DNA of 49,584 nt, taken from contig JBAWXL010000003.1 of assembly GCA_037144095.1 (NCBI GenBank), positions 1 to 49,584 on the forward strand. The letters run 5' to 3'. The notes under the pieces were generated by a model. The model did not search any database. It had not been told where the DNA came from and was given only the letters and a program-made list of their open reading frames with translations. Made by a program: the position numbers and the translations under genes. Position 1 is the first letter of the stretch. Each line of letters starts with the position of its first letter. This DNA comes from Bacteroidota bacterium. GTDB taxonomy: Bacteria; Bacteroidota; Bacteroidia; Bacteroidales; CAIXTV01. This document shows positions 38,909 to 48,375 of this stretch, piece after piece.

Positions 38909-40189
38909 CTAACTCCCTTCAGTCTTTTTCCCCAATTCAATCTGAAAATGATGGAGGCTATTTTCATAGAAATAACGTATCCCGAAACCATACATTTCGC
39001 ATGTTTTCTTCACTATCGCTAAACCCAGTCCAAGCGATTCGGGCGAAGATGATTGTTTATGAAACCTTTCAAAAAGTGAATGCTTGTCGATGCGCAGTTC
39101 CTCACCTGAATTCGAAATAGTAATGGAATTTGTCGACAATTTAATGTTTAATTCTCCCCCTGTCAGATTGTGTCTGATAGCATTCTTAATAAGATTTGCA
39201 AAAAGGATGTCTGCCAGATAAGGATTCATGTTCAGCACAATTGCTTCATCAAAATGTTTATTCACTCTGATTTGTTTCGAATCGATTAAATCTTCCAGAT
39301 TTTCAAGTTGTCCTTCAATCACACTTTGTGGATCTACAGGTTTTGATTCAGGAAATTGCCTGTTTTCTATTTTAGCCAGTAAAAGTAAAGTTTTGTTGAG
39401 TTTCGAAAGTTGATTTGAGGCTTGATAAGCTTCAGCAATGGTCTTTAATTGTTTTTGGTCGAGATTTTGCGATTGAAGCAACATCTCCATTTTTAAATTA
39501 ATTATAGCTAAAGGTGTTTGCAATTCGTGCGAGGCATTTTCAGTATATTCTTTCATGTTAGCATAATCCTTCTCAATGCGTTGCGTCATGGCAAGCAATA
39601 CACGGTTTAAATCGTCGAACTCTTTCACATCCGAATCCTTCAACGAGAATTCATTATGCGAATTAATATCATAATTATTTATCTTTTTGATGGTATCATA
39701 AAACACATTCCAGGCTCTGAGTGAAGTATGCCTTACTGTAATCAGCAGTGTAATAATGATGAGAAAAACCAGAAAAGTCATAATCATGAATATTCTTACG
39801 ATTAGATTATCTGTTTCTTCAAGCGACTTATATATTTGGACATAAAATTCAGCATGGTTAAAACTGGCAATAAACCCAAGCTGACGGAATGGGACATATT
39901 TATGAGCGATATTATCATAAAACAGGGTATCGCAAAATGATAATTGAGGCGAATTTATTGTTTTAAGGGGAGTAATTATTACCCTTTCGTTTTGATTTGG
40001 CGGAGTATAAACCGACGAATGTGCCGAAAGCAATTGATTGGTAATATTGTTTTTTCTTTTTTCAAGTTCAATATTAATATTCTGATTCACCTGATGACGC
40101 AGTAGAAAATAAAAAGCAATCACAGCAAACAAAAAAACAAACAAGGTAACCGATAAATAATTCAGACTTGTTTTGGTTAATAGCTTCAT
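38909..40189 (-). CDS. Sensor histidine kinase
   Basis: ASHELQTPLA, NLIKNAIRHN, GLGLAIV. Confidence 0.93.
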   Translation of the reverse strand: MKLLTKTSLNYLSVTLFVFLFAVIAFYFLLRHQVNQNINIELEKRKNNITNQLLSAHSSVYTPPNQNERVIITPLKTINSPQLSFCDTLFYDNIAHKYVPFRQLGFIASFNHAEFYVQIYKSLEETDNLIVRIFMIMTFLVFLIIITLLITVRHTSLRAWNVFYDTIKKINNYDINSHNEFSLKDSDVKEFDDLNRVLLAMTQRIEKDYANMKEYTENASHELQTPLAIINLKMEMLLQSQNLDQKQLKTIAEAYQASNQLSKLNKTLLLLAKIENRQFPESKPVDPQSVIEGQLENLEDLIDSKQIRVNKHFDEAIVLNMNPYLADILFANLIKNAIRHNLTGGELNIKLSTNSITISNSGEELRIDKHSLFERFHKQSSSPESLGLGLAIVKKTCEMYGFGIRYFYENSLHHFQIELGKKTEGS

Positions 40190-40236
40190 CAGATTGTTTT
40201 TGGATTAAATATTGTCGAGTTTAATATGGTCAAATA

Positions 40237-40914
40237 TTAGGATAAATCAAACTTATAACCCACTCCATAAATAGTTCTGATATAATCTGCGCAACCTTCT
40301 TTTAAAAGTTTATTTCTTAGGTTTTTAATATGAGTATAAATAAAATCGAAAGAATCTGCCATATCCATATAATCACCCCATAAATGCTCTGCTAAACCTG
40401 ATTTTGTGATTACTTTGTTTTTATTAGAAATAAAAAAAACCAGCAATTCATATTCCTTTTTCGTCAATTTCACTTCTTTTTCATTTATAAATACCTGATG
40501 CTGGTTGGGCAGAAGTTTAATTTCATTACAAACAATCTGTTCATTTCCATTGAAATTAATTCTTCGGTTTATAGATTTCAAATGAGCATTTAGTTCAGCC
40601 AAATGGAAAGGTTTTGTAAGATAATGATCAGCACCGATTTCCAAGCCTTCAATTTTGTTTTCTAACGAATTTCGGGCAGAAATGATAATAATACCTAAGG
40701 ATTTTGAATTTTGCTTCACTCGACGAATGATATCAAGCCCGCTTCCATCTGGCAAATTAATATCCACTACAATACAATCATAATCATATAATTCAATTTT
40801 TTCAATTGCATCATAATATGTGTACACCGTTTCACAAACATGCCCATCTTCTACCAGATATTCCAGCATTGAATCGGTAAGGGTTTTCTCGTCTTCAATA
40901 ATCAATATTTTCAT
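40237..40914 (-). CDS. OmpR-family response regulator
   Basis: ILIIEDE, DINLPDG, GADHYLTKPF, IRTIYGVGY. Confidence 0.95.
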   Translation of the reverse strand: MKILIIEDEKTLTDSMLEYLVEDGHVCETVYTYYDAIEKIELYDYDCIVVDINLPDGSGLDIIRRVKQNSKSLGIIIISARNSLENKIEGLEIGADHYLTKPFHLAELNAHLKSINRRINFNGNEQIVCNEIKLLPNQHQVFINEKEVKLTKKEYELLVFFISNKNKVITKSGLAEHLWGDYMDMADSFDFIYTHIKNLRNKLLKEGCADYIRTIYGVGYKFDLS

Positions 40915-41027
40915 GAAATATCATTCAAATCTTGCTAAATGCAGTAATTAATTGTTCAATGCAAATTTAGTAATTAATTCTTATAACATTAGGATTTTCG
41001 TTTTATGGTGGATATTTAAAACAATAA

Positions 41028-41070
41028 TGCCACAGATTCGCAGATGAGTTTATTCTGTGAATCTGTGGCA
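41028..41070. repeat. GCCACAGATT REP-like hairpin
   Basis: tgccacagattcgcaga / tctgtgaatctgtggca. Confidence 0.75.
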
Positions 41071-41089
41071 AGTATATAATTTTCAGATT

Positions 41090-43876
41090 TTAGTATTTAC
41101 CTGCTATTAATGAGAAAATGATAAGAATAACCAATATAATTCCGGTAAACAAGAATAAGAAACCAAAGAATCTTACGATTTTCATCCATGATTTAGAAAT
41201 TTCTTTTTTAACAACGTAATTTTCGAGATTACCTGATTTTTCGAGCTCTTCCCATTCTTTCGGTCTGTCTTTTTTATATTCTTCTGCTTCCACATGGCCT
41301 GTAAATATTACAGTATCCATTGGGAATGATTCAGGACGTAAATGTGTATTAAAAAAGTGAATTGTAAAAATGAAAACCACAGCCAAAAGCGCTTCATCAC
41401 TATGTATGATTTGCGAAACATTAATAATCCAACCGGGGAATATTTTGGTAAATAACTCAGGGAACCATAAGATTAAACCTGAGAAGCCAATAACGGCAAC
41501 TCCCCAGAATACGGCCATATAATCAAATTTTTCCCAATAAGTCCATCTGCCATATTTAGGACGTTCACCTTTTCCGAGGAACCATTTAACTGTTCCAATA
41601 AAATCTTTTATGTCTTGTTTATTAAACATAAGTGTATTAGGTCCGAAAATGAATGACGCAATCGATTTCTTTTGAGTCTTTTTCATTCTCAATAAGGAGA
41701 ATATGTGGAAAATAAAGTAGCCAAATGTAACCAAAGCAGCAAAACGATGGATATTTCCGGCAACCTGAACCCCCCCAATAAGTTTTGCCAAATTATTAGC
41801 CCAACTTGTGTGTGCAAACTTAAGCATCATACCTGTTGAAGCCAACAATAAGAAACTTAATATTACAAAGATGTGAGTGATTCTTTGGCTTTTTGTAAAT
41901 CGGCGGAAATATTTCACTTCTCCCTGAGGATGTGGATGTCGTTTCTTTTTCCTAGCTTCCATAATTGAGCGAGGAATCCATAGTATTGTATGAAGTCCAA
42001 AAAATCCAAAAACACTTAAAAGTAAGGTTGTCATTCCCCAGAATGTATAATACAATACATTATTATCATTATGAGTAGCATGTGTCAAATATCCCGTGAA
42101 TTCAACATTTGCGTTTTTATGACATTTCTTACAAGTTCTGACAATGTTTTTCTGACCAACACTCGATTCGGGATTAGCCATATTTAAAATGTGGTGTGCC
42201 CCATGACAATCAGAACATCTGGCGGCTTTTAAATATCCAAGGGAATAAGCCTTACCATGATAAGTTTCCATGTATGTTTCTGAAAGTTTTTTATGACAAG
42301 TCCCACATTGAAGCGTAATTTCAGTTAAGAATTTATCTTTATCAATTTCAGTAACAGTATGAGCCGTATGGCAATTTGCACAAGTCGGAAACTTTTTATC
42401 AGCAGTGTTATTTAATATAGAGTGATCACCACTTAAATAATCGTTATAAATACTTTTATGACATTTTCCACATGTAGCAGGAATGTTAAGAGGGCTTACT
42501 GTTGAATTAGGATCTGATTCTTTTAAAATATTATGAGAAGTATGACAATCGGTACAAATAGCACTCGCCAATAAACCTTTCTCCATCAATCCTTTCCCAT
42601 GAACACTTGAGGAATAATCGCTAAATGCGTCAATTTCTTTTAAATGAGTGTTGATGACGGCTTTACCATTTTTATTATGACATTTTCCGCAAAGTTTTGG
42701 AATTACAGCTCTGTTTGTTGAAGAAGAATCATCGTATCTACTTAATACTCTATGTGTGCCGTGACAATCAGTACAATAAGGAGCATTTGATTTTTTATTT
42801 TTAAAATAAGCCTGACCATGACCACTATTGTTATAAATATCTGAAACTTCTTTATGACATATAGAACAATCAACTTTATTTACAGTTATACAAGGTCGAA
42901 CCGACTTTTTATCAAGTGTAACATCGGTATGACACTTATTGCATGCAAAATTTTTATGTGCAGAATTTAAAAAATCGTCGGTATGTACTTTCAACGAAAC
43001 TTTTTTCCCATCAACAATTTTAAATGCGTTATCTGTTTCATGACATTTTAAACAAATCTGATTTGAAATAGAGGTTTCAGCTTTTTGAACTTTAATAATA
43101 TGAGGCGAATGACAATCATTACATGCGGGCACAGCTCCAACTTTTTTCTCCCACAATTCTCTTTTAATAATTTTTTTATGCACATGCTCTATATTAGCAT
43201 GACATTTCATACATGTACTTGCGATTCTTGAACTTGATGTACTTGATTGAGCGTTTGTATGAGGTAAAATCAAATGGTTACTATGGCAATCATTGCATGT
43301 AGCAGATACAATTAAGCCTCTTTCAAATAATCCTTTTCCATGAATACTCTCACTATAATTTGTGAGAATATTTTGCATGGTAATATTATATAATCGTGCA
43401 ACAGGGGCACCTTCTTTATGACACTTACCGCATAAAATAGGAATGTTTGTCTTATAAGTTGTAGATTTTGTCGAAGTATGTGGTAATACATCATGCTTGC
43501 CATGACACTCTTTACAATCAGGGGCATAAGGTGCATTAAATTTTAATGCCTGCCCATGTATACTCATAGCAAATTGATATTGCGCATTTTTATGGCAACT
43601 ACCACAATCAACACTTTTTAAATTCTCTGGATGAGGAAAATCCGTTACATTAGCACCCGGATGACAGGAAACACATTTTAAGGATTTATGAATAGAATTG
43701 CCAATTACATTACTGTTGACAAATAATGAAACAGATTTTCCCTTTGTTGATTTAGTTAAGGATTTGTCACTATGACATCCATAGCAATCTTCATTTGTTT
43801 GAGAGTATAAATTGCCTATAAATAAAAGAAAACTCAATAATACTAATAATGTAGTAGCCTTAATAAAATTCAACAT
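41090..43876 (-). CDS. CbcL-like 19-heme cytochrome c fused to a FdnI/HydC-type cytochrome b domain
   Basis: 19 CxxCH. C-terminal multi-TM domain with QRITH, HRFAA, YGRWTYWEKFDYMAVFWG, HSDEALLA, HFFNTHLRPE. Confidence 0.85.
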   Translation of the reverse strand: MLNFIKATTLLVLLSFLLFIGNLYSQTNEDCYGCHSDKSLTKSTKGKSVSLFVNSNVIGNSIHKSLKCVSCHPGANVTDFPHPENLKSVDCGSCHKNAQYQFAMSIHGQALKFNAPYAPDCKECHGKHDVLPHTSTKSTTYKTNIPILCGKCHKEGAPVARLYNITMQNILTNYSESIHGKGLFERGLIVSATCNDCHSNHLILPHTNAQSSTSSSRIASTCMKCHANIEHVHKKIIKRELWEKKVGAVPACNDCHSPHIIKVQKAETSISNQICLKCHETDNAFKIVDGKKVSLKVHTDDFLNSAHKNFACNKCHTDVTLDKKSVRPCITVNKVDCSICHKEVSDIYNNSGHGQAYFKNKKSNAPYCTDCHGTHRVLSRYDDSSSTNRAVIPKLCGKCHNKNGKAVINTHLKEIDAFSDYSSSVHGKGLMEKGLLASAICTDCHTSHNILKESDPNSTVSPLNIPATCGKCHKSIYNDYLSGDHSILNNTADKKFPTCANCHTAHTVTEIDKDKFLTEITLQCGTCHKKLSETYMETYHGKAYSLGYLKAARCSDCHGAHHILNMANPESSVGQKNIVRTCKKCHKNANVEFTGYLTHATHNDNNVLYYTFWGMTTLLLSVFGFFGLHTILWIPRSIMEARKKKRHPHPQGEVKYFRRFTKSQRITHIFVILSFLLLASTGMMLKFAHTSWANNLAKLIGGVQVAGNIHRFAALVTFGYFIFHIFSLLRMKKTQKKSIASFIFGPNTLMFNKQDIKDFIGTVKWFLGKGERPKYGRWTYWEKFDYMAVFWGVAVIGFSGLILWFPELFTKIFPGWIINVSQIIHSDEALLAVVFIFTIHFFNTHLRPESFPMDTVIFTGHVEAEEYKKDRPKEWEELEKSGNLENYVVKKEISKSWMKIVRFFGFLFLFTGIILVILIIFSLIAGKY

Positions 43877-43938
43877 ATTTTTCTTTTTAATTCGTTTATA
43901 ATTATTTTTGTGTTAAAAAACCTTAATGTTTATATGCT

Positions 43939-43970
43939 AAAAAACTACGACGTAAAGGTCGTAGTTTTTT
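43939..43970 (-). terminator. Hairpin between the barrel gene and the CbcL-like gene
   Basis: aaaaaactacgac/gtcgtagtttttt. Confidence 0.75.
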
Positions 43971-44095
43971 AATTTTCATTCCTGACTTAAAGTCCAGAAG
44001 GCTATCAGTAAAAAAGATATTTATAGTTTGCGAAGGAAATTAACATAAACACATTATCTTTAACTTCTTTAATTTAAGCTTTGAAATCTGCCATC

Positions 44096-45025
44096 TTAGT
44101 AGAATACTCTTGTAATATTAAATCCTATCATTAAACCACTTAAAACACCACCATCATCAAAGAAAGTATTTTTGTTATATACCATGTTCTTTTGATAATT
44201 AATGGATTCGCCTGTTGTTACGAATAATTGGAATGAATGAGTACCAGTGGCTTTTTCAAAACCAACTGATATCACTGGTTTTGCTTCTTTGTAAACATCA
44301 TTAACTTTTTTATAAATCAAAGTAAAGTTATGATCATACTCAAAGAATAGTGATATTGTAGAATTGATATTTAATTTACCTAAAACTGACATGCCAAAGT
44401 TATCGTTTCTTCTTAATCTTACAACACTTGTGTCGCTTGCTGATTCAGTAACATTGTAATGAACATAAGTTGGAGCCACTTGTAAATTAAAAAACTTACA
44501 AAAACGACGAGAAATAAGTATTTCATTAAAATAAGAAAAGCGATGAGCTTCCTTGAAGTTAGTATAATTAAAGCTTTTAGTATCCCTTCCGTCAAACATT
44601 ACACTTCCATAATATGTCATTGAGACTGGAATTTTACCATTAGTCGTTTGTTGTAAAAAGCTCCATTTTAAGTTCAAATCAGTTTGTTTATCACCTTTTG
44701 TAGCTCCAATTCCAACTTGAAGTCTATTATTAATACTATAATTTACGCCCAGGCGGATATTAGAAGGAGAATAAACTCCCCAAGCTTCTTTACTACCATC
44801 ACTTATTTTGCCAAAACGATGGTTAATAACAAATTCAAAGCATTTTGCAGGATTAGTGATTACAGTTTGATTTTCTAAAAATGTTCCACTGTTATAAGTG
44901 TCAGAAACAGGCTTGTTAGGCTCTTTTGTTGCTTGCTGTGCAAATATAAAACTTGTCGCAAAAAATGCCAGCATAATAGATATAGCTATGCGTTTCAATT
45001 CCAAATTTGATAGATATTTTTTCAT
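44096..45025 (-). CDS. DUF5777-like outer-membrane beta-barrel
   Basis: F.INHRFG, NIRLG, TGTHSFQL, GFNITRVF. Confidence 0.8.
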   Translation of the reverse strand: MKKYLSNLELKRIAISIMLAFFATSFIFAQQATKEPNKPVSDTYNSGTFLENQTVITNPAKCFEFVINHRFGKISDGSKEAWGVYSPSNIRLGVNYSINNRLQVGIGATKGDKQTDLNLKWSFLQQTTNGKIPVSMTYYGSVMFDGRDTKSFNYTNFKEAHRFSYFNEILISRRFCKFFNLQVAPTYVHYNVTESASDTSVVRLRRNDNFGMSVLGKLNINSTISLFFEYDHNFTLIYKKVNDVYKEAKPVISVGFEKATGTHSFQLFVTTGESINYQKNMVYNKNTFFDDGGVLSGLMIGFNITRVFY

Positions 45026-45059
45026 ATATTTTCTTTTAGATATTTATTTATAATGAGGT

Positions 45060-45440
45060 TTAGTTATCCAAGGCACCAGAATCAATCCAGCCTTTTATGT
45101 TGGATACTTCTGTTGCAGTTAGAGTTTTGCCATTATGAGTTCCATTATTGGCACCATTAAATTTTATAAATAACAAACTTGCAGCAGAATTACTTGGAAT
45201 AACAGCGTTTACTAATAAATTTGTCCTAACGGTTGATGGGGTTCCACTTAAGGTAAGGCCACCCGATGTTCCATGGCAAGTTGTGCAACTATAAGTTGAA
45301 AAAACAGGATAAACATCTGTTGAGAACTTTGCTGATGCATTGGGCGTTATAACAGTTACTTTAGGTTCCATGATGTCTTTGGTACAACTACCAAAGATAA
45401 ATGCTAAAAAAGCAATATAAAAAAGGATTTTAGTTTTCAT
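45060..45440 (-). CDS. Monoheme c-type cytochrome lipoprotein
   Basis: Lipobox FGSC, FSTDVYPVF..CTTCHG, WIDSGALDN. Confidence 0.8.
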   Translation of the reverse strand: MKTKILFYIAFLAFIFGSCTKDIMEPKVTVITPNASAKFSTDVYPVFSTYSCTTCHGTSGGLTLSGTPSTVRTNLLVNAVIPSNSAASLLFIKFNGANNGTHNGKTLTATEVSNIKGWIDSGALDN

Positions 45441-45489
45441 TTCTTTTATTTAGTTGATAATGTATATATTTTTATGAACAGATTAATTG

Positions 45490-45522
45490 AAAAAGGCTGT
45501 TTCAAAATGAAACAGCCTTTTT
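45490..45522 (-). terminator. Hairpin after the multiheme lipoprotein gene
   Basis: aaaaaggctgtttca/tgaaacagccttttt. Confidence 0.8.
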
Positions 45523-45538
45523 ACTATATCCTTAATTC

Positions 45539-46840
45539 TTAGTATCCTGCTGCAACAAGTGCTGCAATTGAATTTGTTAAAAGTGCTCTTGAATATTGAG
45601 TGTTATGAACACCTAAACTATATTCTCTTAAACATAATTGAAAGTTAATCATAGCTGCTAAATGTACAAATTTTAAAGTTGGAAATTTCTTTAATGTTGC
45701 TGATCCTGTTAATGACCAATATCCTGTTGGGTTTGCACTTGCATCATAAATATCAGTATAACCATCATAATTATTTGTAGTTAAACCATACCATAAATTA
45801 TTATATGATCCATCGGTTGCAACAGAAACATCTTTATGAAGGATGTCATGCCCTGCACCAACCGAATTTATATGTTTTGCAAGAGTATCAAGTAATCCTT
45901 TTATTTCAGTTCTGGTATCAGTAAATAAACTAGCAGTTGAACTCATTGAAGTATGACATCCTGATACGTTACAACCATTAAAATTGCCTTTTGCTTTAAA
46001 TGAGTGCCCACCAGCTGCTCCTGTAATTGGAGCCATATGACAATTTTGGCATGAAGCTAATGTTGTATGTGAAGAACTTTCGTAAGATTCAGTTCCAGGA
46101 ATTTCAATACCTCCTACACCTGCGAAAATTGCTCCAACACCACCATAATGTACATGCATCCTGTAAGAAGGTTTAATATATTTGCTCACAAAACCTGCTG
46201 TGCTATCCCAGAAAATTAGATTTGGATTATCTCTAATTGAATCATAATTAAGTAATCTGCCATCTGATTGAGCGCTACAAGTCATAGGTCGAGGTTGGTG
46301 ACATTTCACACATAAATTACTTTTGCCTCCATCTTGGGTAAGATTAATTGTTTTTGCACCACCCCACATGGTCATAGGAACAGCTGCGATTGTTGTCAAG
46401 GCAGAAAGATCTGAATAACCATAGGTAGTGTGTAAACTACTATGACATGTAAAGCAAGTTAAAGGTCCAAATGCAGAACTTGAAACTGTTGCATAAGGAT
46501 TTATCCATTTTAAATTTACCGGATCCCATGTGAAAACAGTAGAAACGTTATTTTGGCAAACATATTTAAAACCTTGTTGTTCATGACAAGGTCCACAAGA
46601 AGTGTTTCCAGCCTCAGAAGTTGAAGCTTCTCCATATGAGTGCTTTGACATCACAAATTCTGTTGCAACTCTATCAACAACATTTGGATTGTGACACTCT
46701 TTACAAGTTGCAATTGCATCTGTTCCATTAGTGCCGTCTTTTCCATCATTTCCGTCTTTTGCGCATCCAGTTAGGAAAAGGGATGCTGCTGTGAGCATTA
46801 AAGCTCCTGATAATAAGATAGGTAATCTTAGTTTTTTCAT
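45539..46840 (-). CDS. Multiheme cytochrome c lipoprotein (5 CxxCH + 1 CX4CH)
   Basis: Lipobox LTGC, GxDG collagen-like linker, C-terminal GVHN..Y..ALL. Confidence 0.82.
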   Translation of the reverse strand: MKKLRLPILLSGALMLTAASLFLTGCAKDGNDGKDGTNGTDAIATCKECHNPNVVDRVATEFVMSKHSYGEASTSEAGNTSCGPCHEQQGFKYVCQNNVSTVFTWDPVNLKWINPYATVSSSAFGPLTCFTCHSSLHTTYGYSDLSALTTIAAVPMTMWGGAKTINLTQDGGKSNLCVKCHQPRPMTCSAQSDGRLLNYDSIRDNPNLIFWDSTAGFVSKYIKPSYRMHVHYGGVGAIFAGVGGIEIPGTESYESSSHTTLASCQNCHMAPITGAAGGHSFKAKGNFNGCNVSGCHTSMSSTASLFTDTRTEIKGLLDTLAKHINSVGAGHDILHKDVSVATDGSYNNLWYGLTTNNYDGYTDIYDASANPTGYWSLTGSATLKKFPTLKFVHLAAMINFQLCLREYSLGVHNTQYSRALLTNSIAALVAAGY

Positions 46841-46942
46841 CGTTTTTGGTTTTGGTTTATATTAAATTGTTTTTTATAATTTTCACGTTTAAATTTCTTC
46901 GCAAATGTACTTCAAAAAACATCTGTGTGAATAGATTCACAA

Positions 46943-47020
46943 CTGACATAATCGCGACTGAAGATTAATAATTGTCAAAACCCAGGTGACAATTGTCAAT
47001 AAAAAAATGATTTCTGACTC
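46943..47020. promoter_or_regulatory. Phased FNR-like boxes upstream of cluster 2
   Basis: TGAC/TGAT-N4-RTCA-like sites at 46944, 46966, 46987 (perfect TGACAATTGTCA) and 47008. Confidence 0.55.
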
Positions 47021-47311
47021 GTTTGCTGAGTTCGTTGTTCTAACTTATTCTAACTTATTCAGGTATTCATCTTGTAACATCTTCTCTGACAGATATATTT
47101 CCTTTGTATTTCGTTTATTTGAAATTAAAGTCTAACAAAATTAATTACATGGACAAGTAGTATTATCGAAATTTAAAATCAAAAAACACCAAATTTATGC
47201 GAACTATTTTAAGGTGAAAAATGAAAATAATATATATTATCAACGACATTTTAATATTCAATCTATATTTCCAAACAAAATACTAATTTCCAAAAAAAAG
47301 TCACCTAAAAC

Positions 47312-48007
47312 CTAACCTTTAATATTTATTGCATTTAACCTCGGTAGGTCATGTATTATTATTGTATTTCCGACAACGGAAATAAGGTTCTCGTCTTTAA
47401 ATTCTTTTAAAATCCTTATTGCACTTTCTTTAGACATTGCAGTCAAATCTGCAAGATCTTGTCTATGTATTCGAATGTCGCCGTATTTTCCTGAAAAAAC
47501 TTCATTATTTAGGTAAATCAATGCGCCGGCTATTCTTCCGTGCATTCCTTTTTGAGTTAATTCAACCAGCTTTAAATAATTATTTTGAGTATGAATATTG
47601 ACCCACTTTAGCATTGCTATTGCAAAATCCTTATTTTCTTTTATTAGTTCCATCATTTTCTGAACATCAATAAAACATGCAGAAGTTTCTTCAATTGCCA
47701 TTGATGTAATATGATGCTTAAAATCAGTAAAAAAGCCAGGGCCTCCAATAATTGTTAATGGACGTGCCATCCTTAAAATTAAATTACGGCTTCCTGTCCC
47801 TTCCAAATATATTTTCACAAGTCCTTCTGTTATGATAATTACATGTGTCATGGCTGTTCCTTGTTTGAAAATAGTTTCACCTGGTCGAAACTTAACCTTG
47901 CAACGATTGTAATTAATTGATTCAAATTGTTCGTCTGTAAGCATATTAAAAATGGGGAGTCTAGTTATACACTCTCCACAATGCTTCATCATTTTTTCAT
48001 TTTCCAT
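47312..48007 (-). CDS. Crp/Fnr-family transcriptional regulator
   Basis: N-terminal CGEC, cNMP-like domain, HTH RQDLADLTAMSKESAIRILKEF. Confidence 0.92.
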   Translation of the reverse strand: MENEKMMKHCGECITRLPIFNMLTDEQFESINYNRCKVKFRPGETIFKQGTAMTHVIIITEGLVKIYLEGTGSRNLILRMARPLTIIGGPGFFTDFKHHITSMAIEETSACFIDVQKMMELIKENKDFAIAMLKWVNIHTQNNYLKLVELTQKGMHGRIAGALIYLNNEVFSGKYGDIRIHRQDLADLTAMSKESAIRILKEFKDENLISVVGNTIIIHDLPRLNAINIKG

Positions 48008-48177
48008 GCGAAATATATGATTAAACTATTACTAAAATTCTTATAAAATAAATTTTATTCATTTGATATATTGTTGTTTATATATGTATTAATATTGTGA
48101 TTCTCAAGCAAAATCACAGATAGTTCTAAAATTTATATTTTTCAAACAAGCATCAAAGTTACTAAAAATAATTGATT

Positions 48178-48234
48178 TTGACATAACACACTAGTTTTAT
48201 TGATTTTTATCAAGAAAAATCAGTTTTATGTCAT
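48178..48234. promoter_or_regulatory. FNR boxes upstream of the Crp/Fnr gene
   Basis: Perfect TTGAT-tttt-ATCAA at 48200-48213, with weaker sites at 48179 and 48222. Confidence 0.65.
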
Positions 48235-48375
48235 GCAAAGATAGATAATTTTTTTTTTCTACCAAAAATCAACAAAAATAAATTGTATCAATCTAAAAAA
48301 AACAATTCACTCATGTATTTTCGCTGCTAATACAATTAACTTCCTCCCTTTTTCGTTATCATAAAAAATAATAAT

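Noticed and set aside
45539-46840. NrfA nitrite reductase
   Set aside because: No CxxCK catalytic heme motif; only the C-terminal GVHN helix resembles the family.
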